Below are positions 1 to 11,184 of a stretch of 25,857 nt of DNA, piece by piece; positions within the stretch are counted from its first letter, which is position 1, and each line of letters starts with the position of its first letter. The DNA comes from Octopus sinensis (lineage: Eukaryota). Made by a program: the position numbers and the translations under genes. The notes beneath the pieces are model-generated. The model had not been told where the DNA came from and did not search any database. It worked only from the letters and a program-made list of their open reading frames with translations. The stretch is from positions 1 to 25,857 of the forward strand of contig NW_021835648.1 of assembly GCF_006345805.1 (NCBI RefSeq), in the 5' to 3' direction.

Positions 1-9
1 TGGGGTAGA

Positions 10-49
<40 letters not shown>

Positions 50-187
50 TAGATGTAGTATACATCTGTGTACATACATCTATATATATATGGAATATAT
101 ATATATATTATATATATACATGTATACATATACATATATATACATGCAGATGTGTATATAAATATATATATATAATATTTATACCTA

Positions 188-228
<41 letters not shown>

Positions 229-606
229 TAATTCTATGTTGGTAATTGTATTTTTGTATGTGTTTCTGTGTACAATACATATGAGTACCGCGTGTACAAA
301 TATGTGTGTGTGTATGCTTGCTCTCATGTGTGTGTCTCTGTTTATGCTTGTGCTCTGACGTGGAGCAGAGAGAGAAAGACAAACAGGCAAACAGGGAGAC
401 ACAGAGAGAGAGAGAGATATGGGAGAGTGAGGAGTATATATTATGCATTATACACAACCACACGCCCAATCGTCCTACAGAGCATATATATATATATATA
501 TCACTTAATCCGAATATCTAAACTAAATATGCTTTCACAAACATCTGATTATGCAGGTGCTTCTATATTGATTCATAGAGGAATGCATACTAATGTGGAT
601 TTCCGC

Positions 607-646
<40 letters not shown>

Positions 647-681
647 ATATATATGTATGTATGTGTGTCAGATTGTGTGTA

Positions 682-720
<39 letters not shown>

Positions 721-760
721 TAAATATTTATATACATGCATATAAATATATAAATATTAG

Positions 761-792
<32 letters not shown>

Positions 793-876
793 CATAGATA
801 CATATATATGTGTATGTGTGTGGCACTGTATGTGTATGCTTATATATATATATGCATATATATATATATACAAACT

Positions 877-925
<49 letters not shown>

Positions 926-1090
926 ATTTTTTCTAGTTTCAGCTCGGATCTGCGGCCATGCTGATGCATGTATGTATGTATATATACATACATACATAAT
1001 TCAACCACACATACATGCACATTCTTCCACCGATATAGAATGTATTCTCTTGTATGTAAGTCTATTTTCATATATGTACACATACACACA

Positions 1091-1142
<52 letters not shown>
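1..1142. repeat. Mosaic (GATA)n/(TA)n/(TG)n/(CA)n microsatellite field
   Basis: Directly visible simple repeats; source of the YIYI/HTHT/VCVC ORFs. Confidence 0.95.
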
Positions 1143-1149
<7 letters not shown>

Positions 1150-1439
1150 TGAGTTAAGTTAGAAGTTACAACAACAAACCGTCTAAAGTATACTTGTATC
1201 CGATGAATGCACTGGTGTCGTACCTATATCTAATCATGACCAATGGTTTTAATGCTCATAAATGATAGGTAATGGCAAAAATGAAGTTTATCAATATTCA
1301 TGAAAAGCAGAAAATCGAGATTCAGTTGATGAATAACAATTGATTTACATTAATTATCGTTCATAATTAATTACAAAAAGGCAAATTCTTAACTTACAGC
1401 CGTTTCCGTTTGCGTTGTTCACAGGTTTAACCACCACAG

Positions 1440-1450
1440 TAATAATAATG

Positions 1451-1495
<45 letters not shown>

Positions 1496-1588
1496 TAATA
1501 ATAATAATGACAATGATAATGATAATAATAATATAATAATAATAATAATATAATAATAATAATAATGATAATAATAATAATAATAATG

Positions 1589-1628
<40 letters not shown>

Positions 1629-1633
1629 TAATG

Positions 1634-1681
<48 letters not shown>

Positions 1682-1735
1682 TTAATAATAATAATAATAA
1701 TAATCATAATAATAATAATAATAATAATAATGATC

Positions 1736-1777
<42 letters not shown>

Positions 1778-1840
1778 GTAATAATAATAATAATGATAAT
1801 AATAATAACAACAATAAAAAGGAGAAGAAGAAGAAGAAGA
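1440..1840. repeat. (AAT)n array followed by short (GAA)n
   Basis: About 375 bp of AAT with occasional GAT/CAT variants. Confidence 0.95.
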
Positions 1841-1913
1841 ATTTCGAAATTTTGGGGGAGAGATATACTCACTCACACTGACGTTAGTTTTCAACTAGTA
1901 CCTATATTGCGAA

Positions 1914-2016
1914 ATGGTTAAAAGCAAAGACTATGTGGGCGGAATTTGAAATCAGACCGTAAAGAAGTCGGAAGAAACGCCGTTATGAATTTTATCCGGC
2001 GTGCTAACAATTCGGC
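1914..2016 (-). mobile_element. Degenerate 5' part of SINE family A
   Basis: ggcggaatttgaaatcagaccgtaaag...ccggcgtgctaacaattcggc matches the reverse complement of the head of the intact copies at 13065 and 25336. Confidence 0.65.
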
Positions 2017-2352
2017 GAAACCTACAACCAGAAAGAAAATAAAATTAATATTCTTTCGTTCTATGACTGGTATGTTAGATTCTAGTTGATCAGTTTCTTC
2101 CAGGATTCATACAGACATTTAATCCTCAGGGATCGATAAAATCCGAACCAGTAATAAACAGCGTGAAAATTGAAATAAAACCGGTCAGGGAATGATGGGA
2201 AAAATCAAAGCGTAGGAAAGAACGAGATCGAAGTATACCCTTCAGGTTGGCAGACGACAGCTCGTATGCGATCTGGTTCTTTGATTTTCGCTTCATTTGT
2301 TTGGTAATGGGTGATGATTCCCACCTGATCTCTCGTTATCGACTTCAAAGAG

Positions 2353-2410
2353 AGCAACAGCAACAACAATAATAATAATAACAACAACAACAACAACAGC
2401 AACAAGAGCA
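2353..2410. repeat. (CAA)n/(AAT)n microsatellite
   Basis: Visible trinucleotide repeats; gives the poly-Leu ORF on the minus strand. Confidence 0.85.
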
Positions 2411-2649
2411 ACGACAAAAACTTAGAGCAACAATAGCATCAATGATGTTGTCGACAACAAAAGTAACAACATTAATTCAACTAAATAATTTAGTTGACAT
2501 CATGTGGACATTTTCACCCCAATTATAGTCGAAAGAAAAAAAACTTCCGACAAAACACAGTTGTCTTTTCCCTTTCTCTCTCTTTTCTTTCTTTCCTTTC
2601 TTTCTATTTCTTTTACTCTCTCTCCTCTCTCTGCCGCTTCCTCTTTCTC

Positions 2650-2653
<4 letters not shown>

Positions 2654-2727
<74 letters not shown>

Positions 2728-3315
2728 GATGTATATAGGTATGTTGTATGTATATATATATATATTGTATGGATGTATATATGTATGTATGTATGTATAT
2801 ATATATATATATATGTATGTATATATGCAGACATATATATATATATATATTATGTATATATATTTACATATATGTATGTATATATGCACACACACACACA
2901 TACACACACATATTATATATATATAGATATATATATATATATTATATATATATATAGACGCATTCATATATACGTATACCACCACCACATAAATATACAG
3001 ATATATTTATGCATGTATGTCTATATATATATATATATATATATATACATACATATATATATATACATATATATATACTTACGCATATATAAGTGTGTGT
3101 GTATACACACATACATGCACACACGCATATATATATACCCACATAACTATACACTTCTATATGCATATATATATATATGTATGTATATGTATATGTGTTT
3201 GTGTAAGACTTGTATATACACATATATACTTATATAACTATAGACATACATACATACATACATACATATTTACATACATCCTTACATACGTACATACATA
3301 CATACATACATACAT
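2654..3315. repeat. (TA)n/(TATG)n/(CA)n mosaic
   Basis: Visible simple repeats. Confidence 0.95.
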
Positions 3316-3566
3316 GTTCTGTTCTATTTCAAATATTTCAAATTCTACTTTCAACCTCCGAGAAGTGGTTTTGGTTATTATAAGAACATTTGACAACTAT
3401 TGACAATGATTTTGTATGGAATTTTCATCTTTTTCTCGTCTTATTTCTCGCAAAACTAAACACATGAAAGAGATTTTAAAATTTATTATCTAAATATTAT
3501 TCAGACATTTTGAAATGCATAATTGCACTATGCAAAACGAATATATCAAACATGTGTGTATGTGTC

Positions 3567-3600
<34 letters not shown>

Positions 3601-3724
3601 TGTATGTATGTTTTGTGTTAATTTTGTTCTTACATTCATTTCAAATGAGAATTAGAGATATCCAATATACACAGATCGTTTGAACTATATCTACTGTGTG
3701 TTTGATAATAAATTTATCTATCAG

Positions 3725-3805
3725 AAGAGAGTTGGATATCGATTATTTACCAAAAACTCTGGAATTTGGCTAAAAATATTGCTAATAAATATTGTTGGCA
3801 TTTCA
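3725..3805 (+). CDS. Candidate 81-nt symmetric internal exon (phase 1: ESWISIIYQKLWNLAKNIANKYCWHF), product unknown
   Basis: Acceptor tttatctatcag| and donor CA|GTAAGA in unique sequence; open in phases 0 and 1; no homology recognised. Confidence 0.2.
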
Positions 3806-4249
3806 GTAAGAATATTGTTTATATTTTGTCTATTTTGGAAAGCAGTTTTATTCATTCCCCGGTTGTGATGCGTTTTTATGTATTTCTTGGAATTTAATTT
3901 TATCGTGGTTTTGATATTCTTCAGCAATATACACCATGACTGTTAGGTCTCAATTTACGCGAACCCAAACTATTCACCTTTCATTGATTTTATTATTGTT
4001 GTTATAATTATCATCATCCTCATCATCATTATATAATCATTGCCATCAACTGCTTCATCGTGTGACATATAAAGAGATAGAACTTCGAGGTAAGTGCTTC
4101 CAAAAGGAACTGTTCGAATCGATTAAGAATTTGAGGTTTAAACGAAATGTCGGATGAGAGTTCAAAATTAGAAAAACTTCAGGGGTAAATAGGTAGATAA
4201 ATAGGTGTATAAGATAAATATATATAAGATTCGGGTGAATTCGAGTAAA

Positions 4250-4341
4250 GGATATCCTCTACAGCCGTTTCAGTGGTGCAATATATGTATAATTTGGCGT
4301 TTTAAGTATTCCAAATACAGAATTCTTTCGTGAGGAAATCC
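4250..4341 (-). ncRNA. Decayed type I hammerhead-like motif
   Basis: Minus strand: GGATTTCCTC-ACGA-(~56 nt)-GAAAC-GGCT-GTA-GAGGATATCC. The flanks pair 9/10 as helix I; the CUGANGA core lacks CUG. Confidence 0.4.
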
Positions 4342-4410
4342 TACATGGTAATAATTTGATAGATTTGTATTGATTGCTTAGATGTGCTCCTATAATTTCC
4401 CTTATCCTTT

Positions 4411-4471
<61 letters not shown>

Positions 4472-4482
4472 TATATAATTAA

Positions 4483-4598
4483 GGGCAAACGAAAAATTTC
4501 TATTGCCAGATATGCAATATTGTGAAAAGATTATATGGTTAATGGACAATATGTCCAATTTTTCGGCATATCTGGCATTAGAAATTTTTCGTTTGCCC
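4483..4598. mobile_element. 116-bp inverted-repeat element (MITE-like), TTAA|GGG...CCC|TTAA
   Basis: 33-bp TIRs at 4483-4515 and 4566-4598 with 1 mismatch; TTAA at 4479-4482 and 4599-4602. Confidence 0.75.
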
Positions 4599-4869
4599 TT
4601 AATTATGAATTGTTTATAGATTTAACCTTTAGAGGTATTTTTTGATATGCTGGCCATTGATAAAATTTTTTGGGGGAAAAGAATATATTTTTCCGACATG
4701 TGTGTGTGTATGTGTGTGTGTGTGTGTGTGTGTTGTGTGTGTGTGTATGTATGTATATATATATATATATAAATAATTAATTAATATCAAATGGTAATAT
4801 GAAATAGAAATTTCCTTTACCAGTGGCCTAGCGTGTATAAAATTTTAGTCCATAGACTATATAGTATTC

Positions 4870-5107
4870 ATATAAATACAGTGTACATTTAAACACATAA
4901 CAGGTATCCATCATAGGACTACCTGCACGCTAGAGAGGACAGTTAAGTTCCAAACCGCTATTAGGGATAACATTTCGAATGGAAAATATTTTTATTTTTC
5001 ATTCCATTCGAAATTTTATTCCTAATAGTGGTTTGGAATTTAACTGTCCTCTCTAGCGTGCAGGTAGTCCTATGATGGATACCTCTTTTGTGTTTAAATG
5101 TACACTG

Positions 5108-5116
<9 letters not shown>
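4870..5116. repeat. Foldback palindrome, 115-bp arms and 17-nt spacer
   Basis: 4870-4984 is the reverse complement of 5002-5116 with about 6 mismatches. Confidence 0.92.
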
Positions 5117-5173
<57 letters not shown>

Positions 5174-5431
5174 CGGCACTTAAGGTGAATAAAAAGCGAA
5201 CACGCGCGTTCCATATACATGTATTGGCAGTTTTATTTATTTTGTTGTTGTTGGTTTTGTTCAAGACATTTATTTGTATATTCTTAGATAGACCTATACA
5301 TATATTGTTGTCTTCTTCTATGTATCTAATATCTTAAATCATTTCTTTTAAAGTTGGAAATTGATTTTAGGGGAATTTTGGTATATTTTGTTTTCCATTT
5401 TTTTTTAGAATGCATTCATTGAAAATAGAAA

Positions 5432-5719
5432 TCACCATCATCAACATTATCATAATCATCATCAACATCATTTTTGTTGTCATAATCATCATCAGCATCA
5501 TCACCCTCTTCACAATCAGCATTATTAACAACATCATCGTCGTCGTCGTCGTCGTCATCGTCATCATCGACATCGTCATCATTTATCTTAAGTGTGGATA
5601 CTGTCGTCAACATCATCATCATCATAAGCATCTTCGACGTTGTCGTCATCATCATGAAAAATAGACCCACCACACCTATCACCATCACAACCAAAACTGA
5701 AATCAGTATCAACATCATT

Positions 5720-5751
<32 letters not shown>

Positions 5752-5879
5752 CACCATCACCACCATCATCACCATCATCATCATCAGCAGCAGCAGCAGC
5801 ATCATCTTCATCATCCTCACCACCATCACCACCACCACCACCACGGCCGCTGACTCCACAAACATCATCATCATCGTCG

Positions 5880-5915
<36 letters not shown>

Positions 5916-5935
5916 CCATCACCACCATCATCATT

Positions 5936-5969
<34 letters not shown>

Positions 5970-6043
5970 CCATCACCACCACCATCATCATCATCATCAT
6001 CATCATTATCATCATCACCACCATCATCATCATCATCATCATT

Positions 6044-6077
<34 letters not shown>

Positions 6078-6392
6078 CCATCACCACCACTATCATCAAC
6101 CTCATCATCATCATCATCATTATCATCATCATCATCATCATCATCATATCATCATCATCATCATCATCATCATCACCATCACCATCACCATCATCATCAT
6201 CATCATCATCATCATCACCATCACCACCACCATCATCATCATCATCATCATCATTATCATCATCACCACCATCATCATCATCATCATCATTATCATCATC
6301 ATCATCATCATCATCATCCTTACCACCACCACCATCATCATCATCATCATTATCATCATCATCATCATCATCATCATCACCATCACCACCAC

Positions 6393-6424
<32 letters not shown>

Positions 6425-6527
6425 CCATCACCACCACCATCATCATCATCATCATCATCATCATCACCATCACCATCACCATCATCATCAACATCACCAC
6501 CATCACCACCATCATCATCATCATCAT

Positions 6528-6572
<45 letters not shown>

Positions 6573-6601
6573 TATCATCATCATCATCACTATCATCACT
6601 A
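5432..6601. repeat. Long compound (ATC)n array with ACC/ATT/GTC variants
   Basis: Visible trinucleotide array with a register shift near 6146; causes the ~400-aa ORFs on both strands. Confidence 0.95.
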
Positions 6602-6932
6602 CCTTTGCTATTCGATGCGATGGACAAGAAAACCGAGCGTCTTTATGTATTTAGTTATTGTTTTTATTTTGACTTTTGTTGTTTTGGTGGGGGTTTTGTG
6701 TTGTTTTTTTTTCTGTCACGCTGCCAAAGACCGAAATTTTTTTCCCAGTTTCTTATTCTTATTTCTTATTTTTATTTTCTCCACTTTTACGAATAATCTT
6801 TATTAATTCTATCAATTTCCTCGCAGAGAATTAACAACAGATATATCTCAGAGAAGAGTAACTGTAGAAATTGCTGGTTTGGTTTCTTTTGGTTTTCGCT
6901 GTTGTTTCTTTTTTTCGAAATATTTTTGTCAG

Positions 6933-7003
6933 TCTATGATGAAGATGATGTCAAAGCGAGGAATCAACCTTTTCAATCAAAACATAACACCGCCTCAGAT
7001 TAA
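6933..7003 (+). CDS. Candidate terminal exon (phase 1: YDEDDVKARNQPFQSKHNTASD*), product unknown
   Basis: Strong acceptor with long pyrimidine tract ending tatttttgtcag|; phase-compatible with the 3725-3805 candidate; no homology recognised. Confidence 0.2.
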
Positions 7004-7043
7004 TTCTTCCAGTTATTCTAACATGAATATGATATGGAGTAGT

Positions 7044-7271
7044 AAGGCGGCGAGCTCTCAGAATCGTTGGCATACCGGACAAAACGCTTAGCAGTATTTC
7101 GTCCGTCTTGAAGTTTTGAGTTCAAATTCCGTTGAGATCAACTTTGTCTTTAATCCTTTCAGAGTTGATAATCTTGAGAATCGGGCTGAGGTAATCGACT
7201 TACAACCTCTCCTCTCACTTTCTGGCCCAGTGGCAAAATTTGAAACCATTAATATTATTATTATTATTATT
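7044..7271 (+). mobile_element. SINE family A, diverged copy with (ATT)n tail
   Basis: Head aaggcggcgagct...B-box-like gagttcaaattcc; tail aaaatttgaaaccatt(att)n. Confidence 0.8.
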
Positions 7272-7530
7272 GAGTGAGAGAGCAGTGCATGCCATCAAAG
7301 TGACACTGGGGTACAAATACACGAATCCCAATATACCCATGGTGACTACCCATCTCATAAGGACACACCAGGTACATGCAACACAACCATATGTACCAAT
7401 ATAAACAGCGCATGATCTTGCAGGTGGGGCTTAGTTAGAATTTTCTTCAGGGCGATAAGTCCATGCCACACATAAGGTCTTTTAATAAGGTTTGTTTAAA
7501 GATGAACGTAACACCCATGTTTCCAGAGAA
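7272..7530 (-). mobile_element. Probable interspersed repeat fragment (non-LTR retroelement end?)
   Basis: Resembles a common octopus repeat as recalled from memory; abuts the (ATT)n run; no second copy in the window. Confidence 0.3.
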
Positions 7531-7547
7531 GAATTATTATATATATA

Positions 7548-7600
<53 letters not shown>

Positions 7601-7629
7601 GGTAGTGGGTAGTGATTTTCTTCACTATT

Positions 7630-7995
7630 TCAGGGAGTGACGACCCTGTCTGACACGAGTCCCGGGCTCAGCTGGCTCTGGCTGGCAGTATCCGGTATGG
7701 GCCCCTATCGAGGGTTACGGAAAGGAGACAACCTTCAAAGAAATCCGGAGTGGAGCCCCGTAGGCGCTTTAGTGTTCGACGCAGCTCCTGCAACCCAGCT
7801 GGTGCCAAACGTAATGCTCTGCACTCCTTTGGACTGCGTCAGCAAGGTCGAGAGAGGAATCCTGACGATTGGGCTACCCAGGATTTTATTTACATCTAGC
7901 CCAGGCCTGCGCAAAACTGGAGAGGATTCTGGAGAGGACATGAAATGTAAAAACCAGACTGGGTTAGTTTATGCGCAACTCCATTGTCTCCCGAG
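7630..7995 (+). mobile_element. GC-rich island, probable retroelement (RTE-like) 5' region fragment
   Basis: About 60% GC over 7641-7800 against an AT-rich background; resembles invertebrate RTE 5' UTRs from memory; the 120-aa ORF is not recognisable. Confidence 0.35.
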
Positions 7996-8760
7996 ATAAA
8001 AGGATGCCAAAAACAATATATGATATCATTAATATTCTGAATATAGTTGAAATGAGAGAAATATGGAGAAATGCAATTAAAACTTAAGTAAAGAATAAAT
8101 TTCATTAAAGTAATTCAGGTTCTCTAAATGCTGTATAATTAAATACTGTATTGTACTTTAAGAAGCAACGATTCTATCTAGATATAATAAAAAGTTTCTT
8201 TTAATAACAACTAATTAATTAACACAAATTATCACATATTCTCTCGACTCTAATTAACAGCACAATTCATTTCACTTTTCTCTAGTGCCGGTTGCTTTAG
8301 AGTTCCGGATTTTAGAGTTCCGGATATAAGAGAGTTTATTCTAAGTTTATTTTTACTTCTCCTTCGTTTCTGTAGACAGCTAGCTGTTGTTTGCATCTGG
8401 TTTACCTTCTTACTAGAGGCTATACGTATTGCTGGACCTGAATTTGTTTTAGATTAAGTATCGAGTGTAATGAAAGGCGCGAAGAGGTTTATTCCACAAT
8501 ATACTCACCAAACACTGAGAATTCATAACGAAGCGATGTAGATTACTTCTTCTACGACGAGGCAACTAAGCAACCTATACAGGGCCGCGGCAAGAAATTG
8601 CTAGAAACTGCCAAAATGGCAAGAAAGGTTTTACTCGCCGGCAACACTTAACCACAGAGAAATCACAACGAGGTGATACGTTCAACTTCTACTATAAGTC
8701 ATCGAAGGTACTTATATATGGTCACTGAAGCTGCAAGAAACTGCAGTCAAATCCTTCTCA

Positions 8761-8980
8761 AATAATGGTTTCAAATTTTGGCACAAGGCCAGTAATTTTG
8801 GTGGAGTGGATAAGTTGATTACAACGACTCCAATGCTCAATTCTTACATGTTTTATCGGCCCCGAAAGGATAAAATGCAAAGTCGTGCTCTGTGGAATTT
8901 GAACTCAGAACGTTGAGACGGTCGAAATGCCGATAAGAATCTTGCCCGGTGTGCTAACTATTTTGCGTGCATGTCGCCTT
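8761..8980 (-). mobile_element. SINE family A, diverged
   Basis: Reverse complement of the family A head, body and aaaccattatt tail. Confidence 0.8.
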
Positions 8981-8990
8981 ATAGAGAGTT

Positions 8991-9211
8991 AATATTGGTT
9001 TCAAATGTTGACACAAAGCCAGCAATTGCAGGGGACGGGAGAAGGTGATTACATTGGCTCCAGTGTTCAACTGCTACTTATTTTATCGGCGCCGAGAGGA
9101 TGAAAGGCAAAGTCGATCTCGGCGAAATTTGAACTCAGAACGTAAGGACGGACGAAATGCTGCTAAACATTTTGCCTGGCGTGCTAACCATTTTGCCAGC
9201 TTTACCGCTTT
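8991..9211 (-). mobile_element. SINE family A, head-to-tail with the previous copy
   Basis: Contains ggatgaaaggcaaagtcga...tttgaactcagaacgtaa...ggcgtgctaacc. Confidence 0.82.
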
Positions 9212-9289
9212 GTATCTCTCTCAAATGATGCCTTGTTGTGTTCAAAATACTAGATTGCATAATATGAAATTCTGTGCATTAGAGAATTG

Positions 9290-9711
9290 GGATCTTTTCG
9301 GTGTGAACGGCAGTTTTTTCTAGCGGTGTCATATGAAATTGTCACCCATAATTATGACCCTAGTATCGATCTATTGCATTTCTATCTGTTTTAGGGTTAG
9401 GGTTAGGGGTGGAGGAAGGGTATCTTTTTTCTTCACAAATGTAAATAAACCCAATCTGTTTCTTAAACGAGGGACATATTCATACGGCACAGAATGTTTT
9501 TTTTTACCTCAATAGACGTCATTGATTGGTTGAAATTGCAGAAATTGAAGAAAAAGAAACCAACAAATATCTTACAAGCTATAGAATTTTTCTCAATAAA
9601 ACCAAGAGAAAAAGATGTTTTATAAACACATTCTACCAGTATACAAAGATAAAAATTTTTTTAGTAACCTAGAATTTATGTTAAAATCTGCCGTTCAAAC
9701 CGAAAAGATCC
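9290..9711. mobile_element. Non-autonomous DNA transposon (MITE), Merlin-like
   Basis: 24-bp TIRs GGATCTTTTCGGT(G/T)TGAACGGCAG (23/24 match); perfect 8-bp TSD GAGAATTG at 9282-9289 and 9712-9719. GG termini with an 8-bp TSD fit Merlin. Confidence 0.8.
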
Positions 9712-10418
9712 GAGAATTGGTCTGCGCGATTAGTACCATCCTGGGGTTATATAACAGCAACAACTATTAACCAACCAACCAACCAGCCAAACAAACAAAC
9801 AAACAAACAACCAATCACGAGTCATCCGTTTTAAATGAAGATATATCATGGCTGCTAAACCAAAAATGGCAGACGACTAGAATATCTCATTGATTGCTTT
9901 AATCGGATGAATCATGCAGTCTCTAACATTGAACTGTTACGCCAGTCTCACTTTCGTCAATGGTCTAATGCTGACATCACCAAAATAATGATTATACTCT
10001 TGTCAGAAATGACTGATCGAAAATTTATTCAGTCTAGTCAGATTACAATGGTAATATTTACACTGCCTACCGAACTGGCGCTATCATTATCTTGTCAGAT
10101 CACCTGCTTATCAACATCCATTCAGCTAAATCAAATGCCGTTATGGCGTTATCAATTATATTATCTGCTCGGTTATCATTTGCATGTGTATTGTCTTGCT
10201 TTTTCCACTGACGTAAACATTTACATTAGCAGTTCAGCTCGCTTTAACTTTCACACGACCCTCTTCGCATATTGCTGTTTATTATGCTGTTGCTCTTAAT
10301 GGTTTGTTCAACTTGTAGGCGGCCGCTTTTTTTTCATTTTTCTATTCATTTTTCTAAGGCCATTGCTGGTTCTTCATAACCAATGCGCTCAACGTGGCTA
10401 ATATTCCTCTTGGATGAC

Positions 10419-10928
10419 AAGGAGGAGAGCTCGCAGAAACGTTAGCAAGCCGGGCGAAATGTTACGCGATATTTCGTCTGCCTTTACGTTCTGAGTTCAA
10501 ATTCCGCCGAGGTCGACTTTGCCTTTCATCCTTTCGGGGTCGATTAAATAAGTACCAGTTACGCACTTGAGTCTATATAATCGACTTAATCCGTGTGTCT
10601 GTCCTTGTTTGTTTGTCCCCACTGTGTTTAGCCCCTTGTGGGTAGTAAAGAAATAGGCATTTCGTCTGCCGCTACGTTCTGGGGTCGATATAATCGACTT
10701 AAACCGTTTGTCTGTCCTTGTTTGTCCCCTCTGTGTTTAACCCCTTGTGGGTAGTAAAGAAATAGATATATCAAGTACCAGTTGCGTACGGCGGTCGATC
10801 TAATTGACTGCCCCCCTCCCCTAAAATTTCGGGTCTTGTGCCTAGAATATAAAAGAATCGTTAGCACACCGGGCACAATGTTTAGTGATATTTCGTCCGT
10901 TCTTACGTTCTGAGTTCAAATCCTGCCA
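10419..10928 (+). mobile_element. SINE family A multimer (full monomer, internally deleted second unit, further fragments)
   Basis: Monomer 10419-10657, restart at catttcgtctgccgctacgttctg, second tail ends at 10765, then an alternative tail and a new head. Confidence 0.88.
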
Positions 10929-10944
10929 AGTAAAAATGTCTTAT

Positions 10945-11030
10945 ATGACACATTCTACCAGTGTCCGAAGTTTGAAAGTGTTTAGTTACAAAAAAATGAT
11001 TTTTTAAATCTGTCGGTCAAAAGGTAAAGA
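10945..11030 (+). mobile_element. Degenerate right end of the Merlin-like MITE family
   Basis: acacattctaccagtgtccgaagtttgaaagtgttttagtta matches 15026-15070 and the end of the 9290 element. Confidence 0.6.
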
Positions 11031-11140
11031 TACAAAAAACTTGTTAAAATGTTTTGTGTATTGTAGAAGTAAAACGAATTTATTGGACATAAATTCTAAC
11101 AATAAAATCTGGCATTGACCTCAAGTGTCATATGGGTCCC

Positions 11141-11155
11141 GGTTGAGAACCACTG
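11141..11155 (-). mobile_element. Solo hAT (Charlie-type) terminus remnant
   Basis: Reverse complement is CAGTGGTTCTCAACC, a typical hAT TIR; the partner end was not found. Confidence 0.35.
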
Positions 11156-11184
11156 CTTTAGACGGATGCTATCTAAGATCCGCT

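Noticed and set aside
1394-1435. Possible hammerhead on the minus strand (CTGTGA...GAAACGGCTGTA)
   Set aside because: The core has a deletion and helices I and II do not pair convincingly; kept only as a motif match to 4250-4341.
194-3403. Many ORFs rich in YI/HT/VC dipeptides and poly-Ile/Tyr/Leu
   Set aside because: Translations of (TA)n, (CA)n, (AAT)n and (CAA)n repeats; the same applies to similar ORFs at 13689-14278 and 18778-24999.
5416-6796. ~400-aa ORFs (Asp/Met-rich minus, Ile/Ser-rich plus) as reflectin, His-rich beak protein or acidic biomineral protein
   Set aside because: Pure (ATC)n derivatives; no reflectin or Gly-His motifs, and composition switches at a register shift.
8296-8330. 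15-bp tandem duplication tttagagttccggat
   Set aside because: Small slippage duplication, possibly in a Tc1/pogo end remnant; too short to support a call.
9907-10299. 130-codon non-repetitive ORF
   Set aside because: Starts at a non-ATG codon position in context, has no recognisable domain or codon bias, and this length can arise by chance.
10419-10928. CRISPR-like or prokaryotic repeat-spacer array
   Set aside because: The repeats are SINE units without unique spacers, and the DNA is eukaryotic with no cas genes or operons.
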